The position numbers were made by a program, and so were the translations under genes. Below are positions 56,718 to 64,000 of a DNA stretch of 64,000 nt, in pieces. Within the stretch, counting starts at the first letter, position 1. Every line of letters starts with the position of its first letter. The notes under the pieces were generated by a model, which saw only the letters and a program-made list of their open reading frames with translations, did no database searches and had not been told where the DNA came from. The stretch lies in NCBI GenBank assembly GCA_040954595.2, contig CM082588.2:7920844-7984843 (forward strand). The letters are read 5' to 3'. The DNA comes from Balanoglossus misakiensis (lineage: Eukaryota > Animalia > Hemichordata).

Positions 56718-57455
56718 GGCTGTGAGAAGAACAGCCACTTATAGGATGAATAATATTGTTCAACTTTCTTTGTATTTGTGTAGTCAGCATTCACTTTGTA
56801 TTTGTGTGATGTATTACTTTATTTGAGAACTGGATGTTCTCCTTGCATTTGGACCTGAGGTCTTCAAACGCAATAAATTATTATTATATTTACTGGCTGT
56901 GAGAAGAGCAGCCACTTGCCACTCATAGAGTGTATAATATTGTTCAACTTTCTTTGTATTTGTGTAGTCAGCATAATTCACTTTGTATTTGTGTGATGTA
57001 TTACTTTATTTGAGAACTGGATGTTCTCCTTGCATTTGGACATGAGGTCTTGAAACGCAATAAATTACTATTATTATTACTGGCTGTGAGAAGAGCAGCC
57101 ACTTGCCACTCATAGAGTGTATAATATTGTTCAACTTTCTTTGTATTTGTGTAGTCAGCATAATTCACTTTGTATTTGTGTGATGTATTACTTTATTTGA
57201 GAACTGGATGTTCTCCTTGCATTTGGACCTGAGGTCTTCAAACGCAATAAATTATTATTATATTTACTGGCTGTGAGAAGAGCAGCCACTTGCCACTCAT
57301 AGAGTGTATAATATTGTTCAACTTTCTTTGTATTTGTGTAGTCAGCATAATTCACTTTGTATTTGTGTGATGTATTACTTTATTTGAGAACTGGATGTTC
57401 TCCTTGCATTTGGACATGAGGTCTTCAAACGCAATAAATTACTATTATTATTACT
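56718..57455 (+). repeat. ~185-bp 3' repeat, 4 copies
   Basis: Same unit. Confidence 0.9.
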
Positions 57456-58132
57456 AAGGACACAATTTGTATGTAAGGAAATATGTGGAGAGTAGCAGAA
57501 TATTTATTTAAACCAAGTGACACACTTTTGTAAGACACATTCCTGTACAGATTCAATTTAGTTCTGTTTCTTACCTCTATGCAAAAATGCCAACATTTGC
57601 TGGAAATTGTACGATACTTATCAAGTTTGGAGATGGCACAACAAGAGTTTTTATATCTTAACTCATTGTTATACATTTGCTTATTTCTATTTCTTGCTTT
57701 ACTTCATTGTTTTTTATTGAAATGTTTTTTTCTTAATTTCTATAGAACCTGTAAATGAGACTTGTTCCAGTTCTTCCTTGAAATAAATAAAGTCTGAGAA
57801 GAAAGCAATTCTGTAAATGAGACTTGTTCCAGTTCTTCCTTGAAATAAATAAAGTCTGAGAAGAAAGCAATTCTGCAAAATCTGTTTTCTTTATTTGGTC
57901 TAAACTAGTTTTTGGGGGTTGACAAAGGAAATACACTTGTATTGCAAAATGGTATTTTTTTGGTGCACATTTAACGCAGAAACAGTTGACCTTGGAAATC
58001 TTCATTTGATTTCCAACAAATTTTCTCAAAAAACAACAGAAAATACTAGTTGTACGTATTGGGATTTGTTTTCTCACACCATCTCTTAAAAATTCTCAAA
58101 AAAAAGAAGAGATACCGTCGTATAAAACTGTG

Positions 58133-58314
58133 TTAAAGGTATACAGTTACCTCCAATTTACATACGCCCATGTATGGCTGAAATGGCGTATTTGAGTGTT
58201 CTAAAAAACATATGGTGGCGTTGTTGTTTTTTTCGCGCGTGCCACCCACTGAAAATCTGTGATTGGCTAGATCTCAATTTGCCATGGTAACTGTAGCTAA
58301 CTGTATACCTTTAA
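58133..58314. mobile_element. TTAA-flanked MITE copy with perfect termini
   Basis: TTAAAGGTATACAGTTA...TAACTGTATACCTTTAA, 17-bp inverted repeat including TTAA. Confidence 0.75.
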
Positions 58315-59730
58315 TTACTTGAGCTGCCACACGATTGCCTCAGTGTTTTTCCTAAGGCAGGGAAACTCTGGTAAATGAGTTGGGAACCCCGGTAATGCTT
58401 CTGCTAGCTACCAATATGACTGCATTGACATACAAAGGGGAACCCAGGTAAAATGACTGGGGAACTCCGGTAACATTTATCTGGCAACTGTCCGCTCGCT
58501 TTCTAAAACTTTTATGTTTATCCATGGAGATAAACTCGCTGTAAGCCTTATATTTAATATGGCGATCTCAACATGTAAACACACAAAAATAAATCAAACG
58601 CGAGTGGTTCGGACGTTAGGACAAGTTAATCGCATCATATTTGGAGTCGGTTAGGAGGCAGAAGTAGACAGGGAAAGGATTTTGCTTCGATAAAATCGAA
58701 TTTCGGCCGAAAAAGCTGCGGTCCGGATCCGGACCGCGGAAGCACCAGTTTTTTCTATGGCGCCTTGCAGGGCTGTGGTGGAGGCCATGTAACACACATA
58801 CCTGTACGCAGAGCTACACATAAGGCTGAGAGGGCTGATAATAATATTGTGGGGAATAGAAGGTTCCCGTTTTCCCAGATACAAATGATTTGTTTGGGAT
58901 TATTTTTCTATCGCGTAGGATTCTTAGAGAAAGCTTCTTTGTGATACGCTTCAATTGAAAGAATTATCTTACAGGACACTTGCATCAGATTCAGGGGGGG
59001 GGGGTATTACAGATATATTCTTCGACGGACTTTCACTGTAATTACATCAGTGCATTCACATGTGGAGTTCGTGACAACATACTTTTGATGTTGATATGGA
59101 CCGAACCCAACCCATCAGTTTAGCCAAATTAATAAGGTGTTCTCTGAGTAGCGACTAAAGATTAAAAGAGATAAAAACTTTGAAAAATAATATGCCAGTT
59201 TTTAGGTACAGTGTTTTTTTAAATCACAAATTAAAGATCTGTACCTAAAATATAGCACCATTCGACCTACAGACTGAAACCTGACCACTTCTACCCCATA
59301 ATCCCCCGTTTTGAAAGTAAAACATATTTCATATACTGAATAACTTTTATGATAACATTTTGTCTTAAATGTAGGTGTATTTACATCAATACACACTGAA
59401 AAATAAGGGTACTCCTACTACTTGTTTGAATTCTAATGATACAAGAGAACTATAAGAATACCAATTAAATAATGTACTATCATACTCGAAAACTTTTTTT
59501 CACTCTCTCCGCATTCTTCATGATTTTTTTTTTAAATTGTCTAAGATTCTCTTTACTACGTTTACAGCTAAAGTACAATGTATGAAGCCATGTTGATATA
59601 CCCAAAGGCTATATGTTGTAATTTTTGATCTTATCAAATACAGCTAGTTGTCCTTCATTACAAATTAAAACAAAGGATCAGGTAGTCCGTATGTAAATGA
59701 GGCCATCAACGCTCATCTATTTTCAGCCCC

Positions 59731-59819
59731 TGACGTCATCGGTGTTCCCCCCCTGCATGCCCTGATGTGATTGGCTATTGATGACGTCTTCTCTGTGTTG
59801 CTAAATTTAGTGCTATAAA
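59731..59819 (+). promoter_or_regulatory. Putative AAC4-like promoter (CRE/CCAAT/TATA)
   Basis: Same motif set as 15919-16005. Confidence 0.55.
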
Positions 59820-60218
59820 CAAACACTCTGCAATCATGTGCAATATATTGAGGAATCGTAGTACAGGCAGCTTATCACCGCTAAAAGCATGTAGATTGTA
59901 TTTGGTGCATTTCCCAGTTGAGCCGATGTATTGCTAAACATATGTAGAAGAAATTTACGGCCCGGGTAACGATGACAACTGCCGCTAGACGAACGAGCCA
60001 ACACCGGAAGACGCATCGACGGAGTTTTAACGGGTTCCACCCGACCCGTCCGCCGAAGACGCACACGTGTCGTCGATGCTTTCTTCGCCGATGAACGAAA
60101 CGCGACTCGCCAGAAGTTATCACACGCAAGACAACATTCGCCTCCGCCACTAAACCTCTTCCTTGGCGACAACTTTGCCGTCAAGCTTCACGATTTGTTC
60201 AAATTTGAGAAAGACGTC

Positions 60219-61450
60219 ATGAACAACATTGAAGGTGGTTTGATACGCTGTGAGTTTGAAGCGAGGCGTGGATTTGACGAGATGAAGCTATCGGAGCAAA
60301 CGGAGAGAATTTACACCAGTCCAAACGCCGGTGGAAATTCAGTTGAGTCCGAAGTACTGAGGTAATATTTTTACATGCCATGGAAAAGTGAAAGAAATCC
60401 ACGCACAAAATAATTCTAAGCAGGATGTTGAGATTCCGCTGTGAATTGCCAGTCGAAATAAATAATTACAGCTATTTTTATTTTTTTGTCTGAAAAACTG
60501 CGTTTATTCGTTTTTTTACCTCCAAAACTTACGAAATGGAGACCACAATGAACTGAGTTCGATTGGATCGTGCAGCAACTAAATGTATAGAAAACGGCTT
60601 GTTTTTAATGTTTCTAAAACGACCGTTTTGAGGGCTAAAAGTGGTCAAAATGGCAATTTTGTCTTAAGTGGAGTCAGTAAGACTTTTTTTCCGAATCAAC
60701 ACCAGTTTCAACTTAGAACGGACTTATTAGCTTCCCAAACCTTCTATACAAAATTCTGTTTAATCTACTTATATTTAATCTAATTTGATTTATCTATTTC
60801 TAAGAAATGTATGTTTTCCAAAAGTAAATGATGACAACTTGAAATTGCAACAAACTTGTTAGTATCACCATTTATATCTATAATAGTACAATTTATATTT
60901 CCCACTGTTTTACCCCCGACAGTTTTGAACTGCTGAAGCGCTGTTTTAGAGCAAGATTGCTGAAGACGGAGATGGAAGTCAATTATTTCCCATACGGCGG
61001 ATCCATCACCGACTACACCTGCCATATGTTTGACACCAAATTGGGCGTGTCGGTCACCAGGGCGATGAAGTTCAAAGGTCAATACGAAACGGAGGACGCG
61101 GAGAAACTACTGAGAAAGAAATTACAGGGTGAGAAACAAGAATTATTCAGATAGTAAGAAATGGTACGGAGTTTAAAAAAAAAACAAAAACAAACAATTA
61201 TTTTACTACTAATCTAATTCTTCTCGTATCATTTTTAGGTATTACCATGGCAACGAGAAATTCCTTAGAATGCTGGTCCAAGCAAATATTACATGTGTGG
61301 GGTGCGTCCGCTCACATTGCGAACACTGTCGCGGACGTTTACTACAGACTGCCGAGGGATATAACCTCGAACACGGTAGTTTTAATCACAACAGCCAGCA
61401 GGCAATCTAGTATATTCAGCAACTCGACAAACACCCGGGGAAGAGCCTAA
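60219..61450 (+). CDS. AAC4-like protein, spliced (60219-60361, 60923-61128, 61239-61450); start uncertain
   Basis: Last two exons translate identically to the 19035-19562 copy. Confidence 0.78.
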
Positions 61451-61983
61451 TTCTTAAAACCCGGCGACGGTTGATTTCAGGGGCGATTTCAAACACTCAG
61501 TATGGTTGCAAATAATGAGAAAGACTTTTAATCAGACTCGTAATCGCACAGCGAAATTTGATAATGTTATTATAAAATATAATAGTTATATTATATCTGT
61601 ACACGTACGTAAGGACGAAATTGTTTTCTGAAGACATGAATTTGAAAGACATGCGTTTGTTTTATTATATTAAATTGTATAAAACGTGGTATTATGAATC
61701 TATATTTCTAAGATCTTTTTCAACTTCTTTCATTTATTCGATTTAGGATTTTGTCGAAACCACAAGCTCAGTCCCAAATTCGAAACTCACCTCACTACCA
61801 AAAACACGCTCAAGGCAAGCATGCACGCAAAAAGTATTGAAATTATTTGTAAGAACAAAAAAAGCATCGAAAACACATTAAGTATTGAGATTTAAAAATC
61901 ACCAAGCGACTAGTGGGCTAGTCTACATTTTGACCTATCTGACGTCAAATGCCATGAATATATTCAGGCGAAAACGAGGTTGA

Positions 61984-61994
61984 GGGGATTCCCC
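61984..61994 (+). promoter_or_regulatory. kappaB site upstream of unit 7
   Basis: GGGGATTCCCC. Confidence 0.5.
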
Positions 61995-62469
61995 TTTGAT
62001 TCCCCGGTTGCGGACAACCATATATTTATTTTTGTTTATATGTACTTGCATACTAGTATTTTGCGCCAATGTCAGTGGCCTTCACATTTGAAATCGTAGC
62101 CCCCAAACATCGATTTGTTGGACTTTTCTACCCATATGATATAAAGTTACGAGAAACTTCATCTGATTGTATCATTCTAACCACTTAACTCTAGCACTCA
62201 AAATATTTCAAGTGAGTTTCACATATACATATACATGGAACGGTAAGGCCACTGTGCCAAGCCTCTGTTAGTCGTAGTTAAGAGTTCAGACTGCGTGTTT
62301 GTGAGTTGCAGACAGAGTTGGAATTTGCGCCTGGTTTTTAGCAAATGTGAACATTTTAGTGTATCACCAACACTGTTCGAGGTAATCTTGGAAGTGGAGA
62401 TCTTCATATATCTGCGCCCAAGTGCTTCCAGAACTGGAGTCAAGTTGTGTTTTGTGATATCGTACAAAG

Positions 62470-64000
62470 ATGGCGACTGGTGGTGCCTTTATAACCACAC
62501 CCGAAAAGGTGAATCACGCTAAACTTTGTCGACTACTTATTGACGGCGGATCTAAAGCGGTGAGATGTGTATTTGACAGCAAGATTCCACCTAATCTGCT
62601 TGCGAAAACTCTTAACAAGCATAAGGCATCGTTAGAGAAACTACGAATGTCGTATAGAGGACCTAATCCAGGTCAAAAGGTTATCAGTGTTGGCCAGTGG
62701 GATCTGTTATACCCAACCCAACCCAACCTTGTCAAGTCTCAATATTTCGACATTACATTGCTCACAGTTTTATTACGGAATATCTGTGGCCTTCGACATC
62801 CAAGAGATAGAGTGTGGACACATCCCTTCCCTGGTGATCTCCGTGTTGAAGCTGATGTGGCCCGAATAAGAGAGTTCAGGAATAGACTTCAACACATGAC
62901 GGGCACAGCTGTCCCTGAGAGCGAATTTCAATCTTTCTGGGATGACATTAGTAAAGTACTGGTACGTCTTGGCGCTAAGCAGGGAGATATCAGTCAGTTG
63001 AAGACTGCGAGTATGGGCCTTGCAGAGACAGACAAATACGAACAAACTTTAAAGGACTGGGAAGAATCCGACATGGTGCTGGAAAAGTTCCTACAGCGTA
63101 TGGAAGAGAAAATTGGTGATCAAACTCAACATCTTGGTCAGATATCAGAGACACAGACTGGCCATAGCAGTACTTTGGCTGATATCGAACAGAACCAACG
63201 GGAGAACCAACAAGAAACGACTCAACATCTTGGTCAGATATCAGAGACACAGACTGGCCATAGCAGTACTTTGGCTGATATCGAACAGAACCAACGGGAG
63301 AACCAACAAGAAACGATTCAACATCTTGGTCAGATATCAGAGACACAGAGTGGCCATAGCAGTACTTTGGCTGATATCGAACAGAACCAACGGGAGAACC
63401 AACAAGAAACGACTCAACATCTTGGTCAGATATCAGAGACACAGAGTGACCATAGCAGTACTTTGGCTGATATCGAACAGAACCAACAAGAAACGACTCA
63501 ACATCTTGGTCAGATATCAGAGACACAGACTGGCCATAGCAGTACTTTGGCTGATATCGAACAGAACCAACGGGAGAACCAACAAGAAACGACTCAACAT
63601 CTTGGTCAGATATCAGTGACACAGACTGGCCATAGCAGTACTTTGGCTGATATCGAACAGAACCAACAAGAAACGACTCAACATCTTGGTCAGATATCAG
63701 AGACACAGAGTGGCCATAGCAGTACTTTGGCTGATATCGAACAGAACCAACGGGAGAACCAACAAGAAACGACTCAACATCTTGGTCAGATATCAGTGAC
63801 ACAGACTGGCCATAGCAGTACTTTGGCTGATATCGAACAGAACCAACGGGAGAACCAACAAGAAACGACTCAACATCTTGGTCAGATATCAGAGACACAG
63901 AGTGGCCATAGCAGTACTTTGGCTGATATCGAACAGAACCAACAAGAAACGACTCAACATCTTGGTCAGATATCAGAGACACAGAGTGGCCATAGCAGTA
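62470..64000 (+). CDS. NLR unit 7 exon 1, HEPN + at least 9 repeats (runs off window end)
   Basis: ATG at 62470, MATGGAFITTPEKVNHAK, near-identical to unit 3; absent from the ORF track because there is no stop in the window. Confidence 0.9.
   Translation, partial: MATGGAFITTPEKVNHAKLCRLLIDGGSKAVRCVFDSKIPPNLLAKTLNKHKASLEKLRMSYRGPNPGQKVISVGQWDLLYPTQPNLVKSQYFDITLLTVLLRNICGLRHPRDRVWTHPFPGDLRVEADVARIREFRNRLQHMTGTAVPESEFQSFWDDISKVLVRLGAKQGDISQLKTASMGLAETDKYEQTLKDWEESDMVLEKFLQRMEEKIGDQTQHLGQISETQTGHSSTLADIEQNQRENQQETTQHLGQISETQTGHSSTLADIEQNQRENQQETIQHLGQISETQSGHSSTLADIEQNQRENQQETTQHLGQISETQSDHSSTLADIEQNQQETTQHLGQISETQTGHSSTLADIEQNQRENQQETTQHLGQISVTQTGHSSTLADIEQNQQETTQHLGQISETQSGHSSTLADIEQNQRENQQETTQHLGQISVTQTGHSSTLADIEQNQRENQQETTQHLGQISETQSGHSSTLADIEQNQQETTQHLGQISETQSGHSS
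63136..64000 (+). repeat. 96/84-bp coding VNTR, pattern LLLSLSLLS then truncated
   Basis: Read from sequence. Confidence 0.93.

Noticed and set aside
57749-57875. ~62-bp tandem duplication
   Set aside because: Ordinary local slippage in spacer DNA

Overview
AT-rich eukaryotic DNA with spliceosomal introns, most likely from an invertebrate animal. It is a head-to-tail tandem array of seven paralogous NLR-type genes on the + strand: units 1 and 7 are cut by the window edges, and unit 2 carries a premature stop. The ORF track splits each gene, but conserved GT/AG sites give three phase-1-joined coding exons. Exon 1 encodes a DZIP3-type HEPN domain with an intact RxxxxH motif followed by a 28/32-aa coiled-coil VNTR. 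Exon 2 is a 132-nt zf-MYND cassette. Exon 3 encodes a NACHT NTPase, winged helix and a degenerate LRR-like region with hypervariable patches. Four spacers hold a co-duplicated spliced AAC4-like gene (three apparently complete, one 5'-truncated). Other elements: a conserved kappaB site upstream of each NLR ATG, a ~185-bp AATAAA-bearing 3' repeat with variable copy number, a TTAA-flanked MITE in five spacers, and one ~1.9-kb DINE/HINE-like insertion whose empty site is visible in a sister copy. All domain calls come from motif recognition by eye; no database searches were run.
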